From: Trichoplax adhaerens
Taxonomy: Eukaryota; Animalia; Placozoa
Assembly: GCF_000150275.1 (NCBI RefSeq)
Contig: NW_002060944.1
Span: 8,580,159 to 8,644,158 of the forward strand
Direction of reading: 5' to 3'
DNA length: 64,000 nt
The notes under the pieces were generated by a model that was given only the letters and a program-made list of their open reading frames with translations, searched no databases and was not told the DNA's origin. The position numbers and the translations under genes are program-made. Position 1 is the stretch's first letter; the number at the start of each line of letters is the position of its first letter. This document shows, piece after piece, positions 11,044 to 26,000 of the stretch.

Positions 11044-14000
11044 TGTGTTCTCAGTATTTGTGTCGGGTTAGCTTTTTTCTTTACTGAATCCATACAAAAG
11101 TTTAATTTGAGGGCTACAGGCCCGAATACAGTATTTTATTTCTTATGTAAAGAAAGTTTCTTATTTTTATTATAGGTGCGCGTTCAGCTGTCCGCTAACT
11201 AATCACGAACGGACTCTAAAGAGAATATTCTTACATTGCCCCGTAGAATATATACGCATATACTGCTAATGGAAGTGAATACACTAGGTTAAAGGGCAGG
11301 TGCAGGAACTTAGAAGAGAAAATTCTTACGGGCCCTTGGTAGGAATCAGTTAAAATGAAATGACATATAATTTACCGCATATCTACAAGAATTCAAATGA
11401 AATGATTCACTTATACAGATTAATGCAAAGTGGGAGTGAGTATTACAATATACCCGATGAAAAGGAGACAGGGGTGATATACTGTACCTCCTCAGACTCT
11501 TAACTGTTGTGGTTTGAGAAATTCTTGAAATAGATTACAGTAGGATGTAAAGTATATGTAAAGAAGCGTAAGTATAATAAACGAAGTATCAAGAGTGTGG
11601 ATTCCACGAGCAGTATTTAAGCACCAAGTATAAAGAGTGGGATATTCTTCGAGTGCTGCCATTACAAAAGCATATCCTGACCGCAAATCAATTCATTGAA
11701 CGAATTTTTATTTCATTAATATTAGTCGAAACTGTATTGCATTTGACAATAATGAACATTAACTTAGCTAAATTATTCCAAGTCATGGCGTAATTATTTC
11801 ACAAACATGTATGGCAATTGTCATAAACCGGTGAACTCGTAACAAAATTATCCGTTAATCATGGCAAGCTTAGCTTGCTGTCAACAACATCAACAAAATG
11901 ATTTTTTTCAATCTAGGAATTAATCAATGATTACAATAGTAATTAATCAAAATAATGGATTGATTCTTGAATGGAATGAATTTCGTAACAATTAAGAGAT
12001 AGATTAGGTGCACTCATAAAATAAGAGTAACTCATTACATCAACTAGTTAAAACTATAACCATGTTATCAACAATTCTGCAAGAATTCTAATATCAATAA
12101 CAGCAACAAAAATCGGACAGTACAACACATAAATTGTCGACAGGAATGGCCAGCATATTAATATATACAGGTGCACGTTAAACATCAACAGATTAACTTC
12201 ACTAACTGCGACTTTAAATTAACAACGTTAGCAAAACATAATGATCAAAATACTTGTCATATCCAAGTTATGGAAAAATACCATAGTTACATGATGATGA
12301 TATTTAAAAAAAAAATGGAATGTTACTATGCAGATTAACAATGCATCATTTCATATAAATAGATGCCATCACAGCAAAAGATTGCAGATGATTTCATATT
12401 TCAGCATTATACACATCGTTCTGAATTCACCTTCAATAGTACATTTTATCCAATGTACGATTTCAATTAAATATTTAAACCGTTCAAATTCAAAGAATGT
12501 TGATCAAATTATTGTCCAGGACGATGAACTGATAAATATTGATTTCCTTTTTTAATTGAAGTAATGACAGTAATAATGCAATCAGACATGATCAATACAG
12601 CAAATAAAATTTATCATCTTTACAAAATAAGAATTTTCTTCATAGTTGTCATTTATCAACAAAATGAGAATTTAACCGAAGCAAACAACATGTTAAAGCA
12701 GTAAAAATGGTATTGATACCGCAAAAGAGACGAAATAGATTCACAGAATGGCTTCAATATAGCAGTTGCAACAGGTTCCATAACTTAATGCATTGAGAAA
12801 AGTAGATTTCAATCAGATAATAATCGTTATTTTTAAATCATCAGCTCCACCATAGTTAAGCTAAGCTACTTTTATATAATGCTATAGTACTTAGTACTTA
12901 ATAGTGAGTACCAAAGGTAGCCTTTATGTTACAAAATTGCTTCAAGTAAGGGTACAAAGCATGATCATAGTTAATCCAAAAAAGAATAACTATGCAAATT
13001 ATGGACTTATCTAGTAATACGGCAATTTAGCAATAAATTTCTGATAGTAATTTAATAATAGTGAATGAAATTTTCGCCTGTTATAGCAGTAAGTTGAGTC
13101 ATTACCTAATGATATTACTTTATCGTAAATATTTAGGCGGATTCCAACAGGAAGCTTCAAATGTTGTACTTATTTACCTTCCTTGGTAGATGAAGGACTT
13201 GTGCTGAAGTTAAAAAGTGGAAATTAAGTCTTCAGCTGACGGTACCTTTCAAATATAGTTTTTGTACTATTTCCATGAGTGAAAGATCATGATAGAAGTA
13301 GTAGCCAATAATTCCAAGTTGATACAATAACACAGCCACATCACAGTCACTTTTTACGAGATGAAAGTCATACACGTTCGATAAATTAGCTTCAGTAAAG
13401 AGAAATGGCGATACAAGCTGTATTTCATTAGCGTACAGAGTAACATGATTTCTAGTGAAGTTAAATCATTGAGTTTATAATCAATTGATAAAAAATATCA
13501 TTAGAGTGCCTAATTGATATCAATCCATTATAAGAAAAATGACAAGCATTTGTTTGTTGTCAGTATCAAATTGCAGATCTTTGGTAGACATTATTAAAGT
13601 AATATTAGAAATTGTAACAGTTTGAATCATCGAATTGAATTATCAGCCACAAACGAAGTCGATGTTGGCCATTATTAGCAATTTAATCCTTGGATTACGT
13701 TAAATTTACAACGGTATATGCTTTTAGTAAATAGAATGATTCTATAAAAAAATTGTTATTTTAATAAGGATTATGTATCATGATTAAAGTTTTAGCTATG
13801 TTAAACATTCTGCTTCAAATTTCAATTGCCGTCCAATCTCTTCTACTATAACCATTGACATCATTTTGTTATATATAAATATTTATATTCACATTGTGAG
13901 TATTACTCATAAGATAGCTTTCCTCTCGTTTTATACTAGTAACTAGTTGCAGTATCATAGCATCATTACTTGCTATAATATTTATCTCATCAGTAACATG

Positions 14001-14085
14001 TTAACCATGAAGAGAACATTGCAATGGATTAGGCAATTGATACTGTAAATTTGTCATCTATATACAATATTATCGCAATTTCCAA

Positions 14086-17000
14086 TTAAATAAAGGTTGG
14101 TTTGTTACCAATCATAGCATCTGAACGATTACTACTACGATGCGAACTTGAACTAGATATTTCTAAATTGCCTGGGCCACGATGATTTCCAGCTGATAAT
14201 TCACGAACGTATTTAGAACGAGGTATTGTGCCAGAAACAGAAGGATCACGATTTAAACTGCCACGTCTTGAGTTAGAGCTAGGATAGTCATTACTGCCTC
14301 GTCTTGATCGTGGTGTTCGACCATCTGATTGATAGCCATGTTCATAATTATCATCAGATGGTATTTGCGATAAAGAAGGATTATAGTCATAATTTCGATT
14401 ATGTTGTACAGATAGCTGGCGAGGTGTTGTACCATAAATTGAAGCCATAGAATATTCAGGATCATAACTACGACTACGATTCATTTCACGATTGAGACTG
14501 CCAAATTTGTTTTGTGATGATGCAAGTGGATCTACTGGACTATTGGTATGGGATTTGCTACCGGGTAGAATTTTTTGCTTACGTGGTGTTCGTCTATTCA
14601 TACTGTTATATCTTATTTCATCTTCTGATGCTGATTGCATACTATCATATTGCTTTTTTCGTGGTGATCTTGGTGGCAGTGGATCATTTGGGCTACTATC
14701 ATAGACTGATCCATTGCCTCGACGAGATGATTGTCTACCTAAACTATTGTATCTAGTTTCATCATCAGGTGTGGATAATTCATCTTCATCATGTAACGGT
14801 AATAAATCTAGCTTTTTTGGACGTCGTATTTTATAATCTTGACTATTTAATGATGCATCACGAGGTAAACTATGGAATAACTGCTTACGAGCACTACTTT
14901 GACCACGACCACTTTGATTAGTGATGTTATGCGGTAAAGTATTGGTATGCATACCATGCTTTGGTACAACGATATCGCTGTCATATCCATTTGTCGATTG
15001 CTGTTTACCATCTAGTCCATTCTTGCGAAATTCCGCTGGTAAAGAATTATAGGGGCCATTGTGGTACGCTTTAGGAAGGTCTCTTTTCAACGAATTAGTT
15101 GAATAATCGACTTGATCTTCCGGCTTCATCGATTCATAAGCTAAATTAGGATTATCCATACATTTATCGTAATTAGGTGGTATACCATTGACAGAATTTA
15201 AGGTATTACTGGTAGACATGGATAAATTGTTGTTGGAACGATGCAGTTCTTCATTTTTCGTTAAATTAACAAACTGTTGAATACTTGCGTTATTATTCTT
15301 CATTGGTGTACTAGTGATACTTGCAGCAGGTGTATTTGGTGTGGTAATAGTGTCTAATTCAGTTACATTTTTACTATCTTCGCCGGTATAGAATGTTTTA
15401 CGTTTATTGGATTGTCGACATAGTAGATAGATTGCCACAATGACTGTTATAACAAGTAGTCCAGCAGTACTTATAAATGCATATAACCATACGTTGACAC
15501 CATTACCTTGACCTTGTGGATTACTTGTAACTCCGACAGAACTAAAAATACTAGATACAGTTGGAATGATTATACCCGATGTAGATATTGATTTCCATTG
15601 ACTTGCAACGCAATCCTCTGTTTTATTGCTATAACATGCTCGAACTGAATAATCGTATTGCTGATTTGTACGAATATTGCCATCTTCGTAGGTAAGAGAC
15701 TTTTCAGCTGTTGTAGTGGTAGTGTGAATGAATTTAGTACAGTTATCACCTTTGCGATAGATTTGATAATAAATAGCTTTATTGGTTGGTAGGTCAGCAA
15801 CAGCTCGCCATTTAATGTTGATTCGATTATTTTGAATACTTAATTCGTTTAAAATGGGTGTACCTGCTTTAGTAGTGACTTTAGTATTACACAGGTTGCC
15901 GCAAGTTTTCGCCTGAAAAGGACGCATTTCAAAAGTAAACGATTTACCAGGTGATAGATTATCGACTTGGATATTGGTTGACGTAATACGATTTGTATAA
16001 TTTTTATAAATTATATTATCTCGTAATAAAGCTGCGCCACTATTGCAATTTGTACCACTTAATGAGACGCTTAAGACTGCCGAAGTATAACTGACAGAAG
16101 TCGCCGTTAGTGAACAACTACTAACACATGGGCAACTGTCCACAGTTCTATCATCTAATCGCTGTAGCCAATGTTGCATATTACTAGATGGCATAGTAGT
16201 GCATAGATTACTTTGAGTATTCCATCCACAATAAGGGTCCTTTATGCCAAGGCAATCCTCACAACTCTTATACCGTTGACATTGACTTAGTGGCACTTGG
16301 GCAACTAATGTTTCAGTACCAAGATACAAATAGGATTTGCTATTGGCTTTATGCAATTCCATCGATAATATCTTGCGATTGTTGCCCTTAGCATAACTTG
16401 GCAAAACATCTATGGTTTCAATCTTGTGAGCTTTCGTGAATTTACGTGTTGCAGAATCCAGTAGCATGACTACTTTGTCAACATGACCAGTGTCTAAACT
16501 GACAAACATGACATCGTAAACTTCACCACTTTTAGCTGTAACTTGATCAATTGCAATGCGACTAAATTGGCCAGTTCGAACATATAATGGTCTGCCTGTT
16601 AGTGGTTGAACTGGATTATACATGAGTTGATACTTGAAAGCAACTTTAGCTTCATCAGCTGCGGTTGTTGGGCTTTGCTTGCATAGTCTATAACGATCTA
16701 CAAGTGGATTCTTTTGACGGATCCATGCCGAATCAACATCGAGTTTAGGTCCGGAGTTTGTATCATTGAAGCGTTGCGCTTTAAAATCGCTAAAAAATGA
16801 AGTATTGAGAGCTTTAACATCATAAACGCATATCGCTGAAGATGTCACAACGCCATTCGTTGCAGTTGTAAAGACACCATAGAATAAATCACGCTTTGTA
16901 TGAATACCATTGGGATTATAAGTTCCTGAAATGTGTTGTACATGCTCTAGAAAATGTTGAAATCAAATCATATATTAATAATCAACATCTATCAAATAAG

Positions 17001-20000
17001 TAATAAAGTATTGCAAGTACAGTCTAAAAAAATTTACAATTTTGCTAATCATAATTAATCATTATGAACAATATCTTTAAAAAGTAGCTAAAGAATTTAT
17101 TAGCACAGCCTGAATCTATAGATTTCCCTATAGCATGTTGCGAGTATATTAGAAATATTTTTATTATCACGGCTTATTATTATTAGCTTACCTTAGGACA
17201 TACAAAATGTACATCAGAATACTATAATTATATATCACATAACATATAATCAACTTACTCATATAGTTGAAGTAATAAGGATATTGACCAGGTAATGAGC
17301 AGTCCAAGCGCGCTTTCTGAAAGGAGGTCATCATATGCCTCAAGCCAGCATTAGGAGCACCTTGGTCATTCTACATATTTAATTTAAACTCAGTTAGACT
17401 TTTCTAGTTCTACACTTGAATTAGAATCGGATACAAAAACTTTTCAACAATTTTAATAGCGTCGAAAATTACTCACCTTACATATTCTTGATACACGAGA
17501 AAATATCATCTATGATGAATTAAAATTTTAATTTTATTATTAGTGCATTATATAATTTTTTTTAATTATATAGCTTATTTTTCGTCAATTTTGTAACGTT
17601 ATGCCACAATTCATTGACTGACATCATAGTTTAATTTTAGCATGAAAAAAATTATAACTAAAAGTTTATAATCAATTTGCTGCCTGGAGCATTATTTTTA
17701 GCTGCGTTATTCATTTTTTTAAGTAATATTGTAAATGCTTAAATCTATATTTACTTTTTCAACAGTTTCGGCTTCTGTAGCATGTTCGCGGAAGAAAAAG
17801 AAAATTTCACCAGGAAGAGAAATTTCAGCAACATAATGAGGATCTAGTTAAATATAACATTAAAAGAGTAAGTTTCAAATTGTTTATCCCATTTTAGCAA
17901 GGTCTTTAAAGATATATGTACGAAGAACGCACAAACTGTAGCATTGTGAATATTAAATACATATTGAGTATGAGTAGATATACATTTCGCATCTAGTAGT
18001 ATAATAAAAAGAAAGGATACTATACAAGCTCTCCATATATTTAAATCAGTTAAAGATATCAAATTCGTCGCACTGTATCAATGGCAGCATAGAAAACATC
18101 CATGACTACACATTCTAAACCGAATACTGTAGAATGAATTACCGTTTAACCAACGATTGTTGACCTCCGATCGTACATATGAGTTTACATTTTCCAATTC
18201 GGACATCTGTATCGTTGGATTGCCGTTATGGTTATAGCTAAAGGCGATCTTGTTTCCTGTTTCAGTTTAAAGGATATACATATATATATTTCGCTCAATA
18301 CATATAGAATTGGAAATATAACTATGAACATTATATATTAAACATGTGATTAACTATAAACTAAGTAAAACTATCTATCGCATGTATCCTATCCGACTAA
18401 GCCTAACAAAGCAATGTAAAAATAAAAACATCACCTCATGACTATTTAAAGGCTGTGAGTATCTTACCGTCAACAATTGCACCATTATCCACGGTTGGAT
18501 CACTTGGACAGTAATAATTTTGCGGATTTGTCAACATATTGTCTAGATTAGATAGCTACAATTATGCAATAAGTGGAGAAAGTTGATTAGAGTTTGCTGA
18601 TAACTTCAGTTTATATTATCTAACTGAGATTTATCAATATTCAAATTCGATCTAAATCACTCAATTCCTTCACTCTATACAACACGTGAGAAGATAAAAC
18701 AGTAATTCATGAGAGCAAATATGGCTATACATCTATAAACATTACTATTGTAGTGGTATTTAGACGAAAAATGCATCTATTCTAACTATTATTTAGCAAA
18801 CGTGTAGACCCAATATGAAACTGAGAGAAGCTAAAGTACTGTTTATTTGTCAAATAAGAAAATCATTTTGGAAGTTATTTTAGATTTTGATGATGACTAC
18901 AATTTTATATTTTGAGGGATTTTGGACATTCAGAGTGATATATTTATGTTTTTGATCATATCAAATCAGTATTATCAGGTTAAAGTTTACAGTTAAATTT
19001 ACATAAAAATCTTATGAATTCATATACGTAATTTACGTCAACTTTGATTTATACTTGAAAAATATCTATTTTACTACAGCCATTACATTTAACGAAATGC
19101 AATATCTTAAGGCCATAATTTCCATTTCTTGATGATTGGGGAACTACATTTGTAGGATTTTCTACAGCCAAGCTAAAATTTTTACACTATACACTACGGT
19201 TAAAATTACCTCTATTTTCTATTTAAATTAGAAGCGAATTGTTAAGCAAAATCTCTCAGGATTTTGTATATCGACATTATCTATGGATTAAGGTTATGAT
19301 ATGTTGATATCTATATGAATTTATCATCGCTGCCAGGAAACTACGATAATTGATACACAGTAACATTTAAAGTCTGAATTTCATTGCATATCAAGACTAT
19401 TACTTCAAGTCGATTTTGATAGTGTAAAATCGCAGTATACCAAACGTTATACTCACTTAAACTAACTAATTTAATTAATCCTTTATGAATATTTTTAAAG
19501 TGTCTGCGTAGATTTTTAAAAGTCAAATGAATGTCTGCAAAATGTATTTGTCCGGGAATTTTTTAAATTAATAGCGTGCTATTTATAGTTTTGTTTACCA
19601 CCAAATTAATTCATTCCTTTATTGACATTTTTCTTACCGATCGATTTTGACAGATGGGTTGGTAGGCGTTCGTACCACAAACTAATAAGGTATCATCATG
19701 GACCAGTAAGACACGGACGAAATTTTCGCATTGTTGCACTTTCTGCAAACAAATATGTAATAAACTAATTAGATAAATAACCGTTTAGAGCTTAGAAGAA
19801 TATTTAATATCAATTAATGTATAAGTGTTGTATAATTAATTTTGTCTGGATTTTATTTCCTATTAGCTGTATCGAATAGAACGACTTTTCGTTCCTTATT
19901 ATATCTTCAATTAATGACATTGATTTTTATCGTGATTGAAATTGCATTAAAAGAGTAAGATGCTTTTCAACTGCAATCGTAGAAAGGACGATAAAAAATA

Positions 20001-23000
20001 GACGTTATCTCATTTCTTTCTAATTAACTATCGTCCAATGAGCGACGTAAAAACAATATTGCTGATTATAGACAATAAATAACTTTATTTACTGTCTGTC
20101 TAATAATTTACCGTCGGTCTTGCGCTTGTGCAAGTTGATTTAATTGCTTGATTAACAGGTACAGGATACACCTATAGGAAAAATAAATGGTCATTGTATG
20201 AGCGTCTAAAGGTCAAGCTTTCCATTTTTGCAAAGGTAGAGCACTATTTGATGCTAGAGTTAATATCGCAATAGATCCAATTCTAGTAAAATAGCCTGGC
20301 TTACCCTTGGTGATAGTGATATATCCGATGTATCCAAGCTAACGAAAGCATTTCTAAAAGACGATTAGAATATTCACAAAGGTTAAAATGCGAATAAAGG
20401 GATCATTGCTGATCCATTTTTTAGACCTATTCAATCGTTATGATTTAATGGAGGCGATCAACCTAGGAAGTTAGTCAATAGGATTGAGCAACCGTACTTA
20501 ATTGATCATTGACTTACTTTGCTCCAACAATTAACTTCCTGCGACCTGAATCGTAGGCCATTCTTGCATAGTTAGTATAAGATGGGTTGTTATAAACAAT
20601 AGCATTGATTTCTGTTGGTAATAAATAGAATGATAGAAAATAACAACGTTAGAATAAACCTGTTTTGATATAATTTTACACATTTGATAAAAAGAGAAAG
20701 AAAAGAAATGATTGCGTTAGATTAAATCTATATTATGTCATTTCATATAGTTAATAAAATGGAAAAGAATGTAAATGATAGGGTTAGAATAATTCTGTTC
20801 GATATAATTGTGCACACTTAATAGAATCGAAAAGAAGGTAAATGATTTGGTTAGAATAATTCTACACATTTTTTGTTCAATTCAACAGATACTGTACTGT
20901 AATAGCTCGATCATAAGACAAGGGCTGCTTGTAATGAAGTTTATTCAATATGTGGGTAGAATTTAGTTGTTATTATGCTATTGTAATATATCTCACCTAC
21001 GTGGAAAAGTAATACAGTCTCAAAAATATCGCTAGAAAATTCGTATACTGTCTATCCCTTTTTGGTCATTCTATGAGTATAGTATGTGTCGTAATTAATC
21101 ATAGCGTTGAAAAGCGGTCTGTAAAAGTCAAGCTTACTCGATAAAATTCTCAGATATATCACGCTAATATCATTAGCTCCATTAACTCTAGATAACATTA
21201 AACTAACTCCATTCCATAGATAATTTCATATAAACTTTTCTACTCGATGTATTAGGCCATCCCGTATCCCTATTTTTACATAATAACAGCTCAAGAGAAA
21301 AAAAGTCATTTAACTTTCGTCAAACTTTATCTCAGCCTGAAATTTAATACTAACCTATCGAACAGATATTAAAATTAATCGTGGGCAAATAAGGTCACGA
21401 TTAGAAATAGTTATTTTACACTTTGATAGACATAATTTTTTCATCATTTTCTATAGAATAGTAAGAGTAAACATTTGGCTCGTAGTAAAAATTGCTAGCA
21501 ATTGTTTTTATAATATTATTATTTTCCCTGATTTCAACAATATTAAACAACATCATGATTTAATGCCTTTACCGCAGAGGAAATGTAGTTGAAATATCGT
21601 TCTAGATAGTTTAATTTATATATCACAAGATATACCGTCATAAAATATTGACTAGTTAATGCTTTTAGTGGCCGACTCTGCGTTAGCCTAGTAACGTAGG
21701 ATGCACTCCATGTTGTTCTTGGAGCTCATCACGTGTTTAGAAGCTATTACAAATGGTCAAAGGGTAAAGGTAGGGGGTCAGCAAAAAAACAACGGCAGCC
21801 ATCCATTAAGCCAAAGCGATACGAATAACATTGAAAGATTATTTTCTGAATTGTTTTGTACAATGATATAGTTACAAGTAGATTGAAAACGATGATGATT
21901 GATTTTTGTATTCTTAAAGCTAAGTCAGATTTATCTATTTTGTACATTTAGTATAAGAATGATAATTAATGGAAAGTTTCACAGCTTGTATAAAATAGGA
22001 ATCAGACAAATTGTAAATATTCAGATTCTTTCGCAGACTTGAAAAGATGCAGTTACTTTTTGACAATGAATAGTCACAATTGTCTATAGTATTTTAAAAT
22101 CGTTGTTTTAGGTCGTACTTAAGAGGGTCGCAAAAGACCATTAGATTCCTTTACAATCAGGAATTAGTTCAGGAGTCTGGGTTAGGAGTAAAATTCAGTT
22201 GAGTGATAATCGTAGCTAGTACAATTCTACACACAATATTTAGAGAAGTGACAATTGGTCAATAAAGATTTTATACTGCTTTAATGGAGTCGTGCTCTAT
22301 TGCTAGAATCAAATAACAGTCAAAATACGACTCCTATTTGATCCAAGACTGAAAGTCAATTAGGCGATATGATTTTAACACTATATATATACTCAATCAA
22401 CATTTTATATGGCATTCGCGGAATCGTATTCAACATTGAGTGTAAAATAACGAAATGAAATTACTAATTTCATCTAAGACTGAAAATAGATCTAAGAATA
22501 CTAATTATAACTACAATTAGTACACGGATTGGTGTTCAATATTTAGCGTAAAGTAGCTTTGTAAAACTACCTATTTCAGCTAATACTGAAAGAAGATCTA
22601 ATAACGTTAGTAGCCACTATCATTAATTTACAGATTCCTGTTCAATATTTAGTGTAGAATAACGAAGTAAAACTAAGAGATCTAAGAATATTAGAAGTTA
22701 CTACAATTAATTCACGAATTCGTATTGAGAATGAATTTACTAATGTAGTAGTCATAACAGGCGAGGAAGATGAATATTGGTTACGATTTAAAGGAGTTCT
22801 GTGCAACGATTAAGCAGATGTAAAGGAGAGAAAAAAAGTCCTGTTTACAATCTGAATTAAAATTAAATGGGATATCATAGTCAAGGCTATGATTGGGCTC
22901 TTTATGACAAGAAAATAAGTCCAAGACTGAAATGGATACTACTACTCGCGACAACAGTTCTAGATTTTCAATAAGAACATATTGAAATGGGTGACAATTG

Positions 23001-26000
23001 ATATAAGTATAATGAGTTTACACTTTAGAAATCGTTGGCACGGGTTAAAATAATATTGTCGTGTCAATTTAAATGGCAATTCATCTCGCCCCCACTTGTA
23101 CTGGACCTGGAATAAAGTTTAAAAGCTAAGAAAAATGGAGATAGCTTTACTATGTATCAGCCTTAGACCATGCTGAATATCTACGATTTGGGATAAATAT
23201 ATTTTAAACCGATATTCCCCTATGTTATGATGATCATATCAATGGATTCCCTACAGTTAGCATCGCTCTGCATGATAGTAGACAAGACAAAGAAATTTGG
23301 ACTGTTTTTTATCTTCATAACAATTAGCAAAGCAGTGAAAAATTTTCAATGTGGCTCAAGCATGTCTGAAACTTTTACAACTATTGTCTATGAAAATTTT
23401 GCTTCTTGATTGACTTTTTATTTTTTTGGCTGTCTTTCAATATATACTCCAATGGATTCTATTCTTATAGCATGTCAATCGATTAACTCGCCATGTTATT
23501 GCATCATAATGTGAAACTTAATGTCCTTCTAGTAGAGTATCTTTTTCCTTGGAGGATCATCACCCTTTACGGCGGGGAATTTTACAGCCTAACTTAAAAA
23601 TATCGAATTTGATATTTTCTATGGGGTAATCCTTAATTGGGTTTTTTCTTACACGATAATGTTATCGGCAGAAATAATTCTTTTTTCAATATGTAACAGA
23701 ACGGACAATAACCATGTTGTTCATTTTATAGAAAAACATGGTAAAAGAATGATGACGACAAGGAGATAAATGTAATTATTTGTTGGCAACAGTAATGCAA
23801 ATCAATGGCGCCATAGTCTTGACGTTTCTACTGCCAGTATGATTGAGGGTTAAGTAAAATCCCCAAACGAATATCAATACAATCTATAAGGAAATATTTC
23901 AACATTGGAATAGTAGTACCACAGGATAAACACTTGATGCTGATCAAGTCTTATGCCATTGCTTATCAGAAAATAGTAAAGGCAAGCAAGAATGGATCAT
24001 GACAAAGACGTCTTTTGATCATTTTCTATCGGATAATAAAATATACGACTATCATGATATTATTGAAAGAAAAATAATATGACCTACTGCATTTAAATTA
24101 TATCATATAATTGTAAGACTACCATGCTATTGCAAAAAAAAAAAATAAAAATGATATGGATGCAACTTTGTTATTCATTTTCTTCACGGTTTCTTATTTT
24201 TTTATTGCACTTATTTTAGAGAAAGCATATTGTATATGGCTGTTGCCCGATAGCTAAGACAGAGTAAATTAATGCGGATATGAGAAATAAAAAACTATGT
24301 TATTCATTTCCTTCGCTGTCTCCTCTTTAATTCATTTCCTTTGCTGTCTCCTCTTTAATTAAGAGATCGTTAAGAAATAACAATAAAAAAGTAGATCAGT
24401 TTGAAACGCCATCAAACTCCCTATTTTCTGTTGTACTTCCAATCTTGATGAACAGAATAGGCAGTCTAGGTCGTCTCCATGTTATGAGAAATTGAATGCA
24501 TTGTTGATGATTTTTTAATTCCACGGGATAATTTAATAATGCACATAAAACTTATACCGAGTAGGATAACAAAGATTTAGCCATAATTAAATCATTAGTT
24601 AAGTAAGGGACAAAATACTTTCGCCGTCTTATCTAGGGATAAAAATTTAAATTAATTTGAAAGTTATTGCAACGTAATCAATCAATTAATCAATCTTCAC
24701 CAGTACTAATGGGATCACTTGTCATTTACCCGTGGTGGAAGCAGAATGATAAGCCTTGATCAAAGTTTAATATAACTCCTGCGTTTGAACTCTTATTACA
24801 CTGCTGAAATAATCAACTAGCTACTCATGATTCTATTGATTATTATTCAAATATTGGAAAATCAACTTAACGTTGTAATATCTAGTCTATGTTTGTCAAT
24901 CATTATGGAAATGAAACTAGAATCTGCCGTGAGGTAATGGAACAGTTTAAACTCATGCTTTACTTATTCCTTGTATGAATAGTAGTGTCATAAAAACTGA
25001 TCCAACTACAACTTTATAATTACCCATTTCCCTGTGTTAACTTCCGCTAGAATTATATAATAATTAATACAAGTAACGCGAAATTTTTTCCTAGAAGAGT
25101 AAAATGGAACAAAGTCAATTCTTGACAATGATTTAACGAAACGAAACTTGAATTTATCGCCCCTGGGTAATTTATCGGTTTAACTATTTATCAATACAAC
25201 CTTGAGCCAAGTATTCTTATTATTTTCTCTCTCCACTTCCATGAGAATTACATAATTATCATTAAAGAAGTCACGGTAAGTTTTATAAAAGGAGAAAACA
25301 AGGCAAGAGTTGATTAACTAGACTGCAATAGTTGAATCAACACACTACAGTATCAAGGCTCTAATGATACTCCTCATAATCAGCTATAAAAAGTTAGCCA
25401 ACTATTCTAATTTACTATCGTTTGAGAATAAAGAATAATATTACTGTATGCATATAGTCTCCTACTTGTCTGCCAATATAATGATGACAATACAAAATGC
25501 CTAAGAATAATTAATTGAATACGATCTAAAATGGTAAAAATCCACTGGAAGATCATGGTTATCGGGTATTTTCTTTATCCTTTGCTTGTCATCATAATAT
25601 AATACTGCAGCTGACTGCAATCAAAACAAGAAATAAGGACACCATCTTGTATAGTTCTTGATGAAATAGTTTTACACGGAAGTAGAGTTTCATTCGATTA
25701 GTTAGGTGTACAGACTACGATACTTGACCTTTTACTACTAAAGAGCTAAAAAGAAGGTTGAATAAAGGATAATATGTGAAATGGAACGTACTCGTAAAAC
25801 TAGACATCTGTATATCATTCTAAACTGGCCCATTTCGATCAATAGCTGTAAAAATTACCACTAGGTTAAATCCTTCCATCATTTGCTATATTATTCATCC
25901 ATTAAACTAGAGGTTTGGATAAAATAGCTATTTCTTTGAATACTAATCAATGAGCTTTATGGAAATGAGCCAAGAAATGCACATCAATTGTATTTTAAGC

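Noticed and set aside
14253-15800. Short alternate-frame and antisense ORFs inside the semaphorin last exon
   Set aside because: Shadow ORFs of the long coding exon.
18262-18280. ATATCCTTT (U12 donor-like) on the minus strand in a semaphorin intron
   Set aside because: It lies just before a normal AG acceptor, and the flanking exons join correctly with GT-AG.
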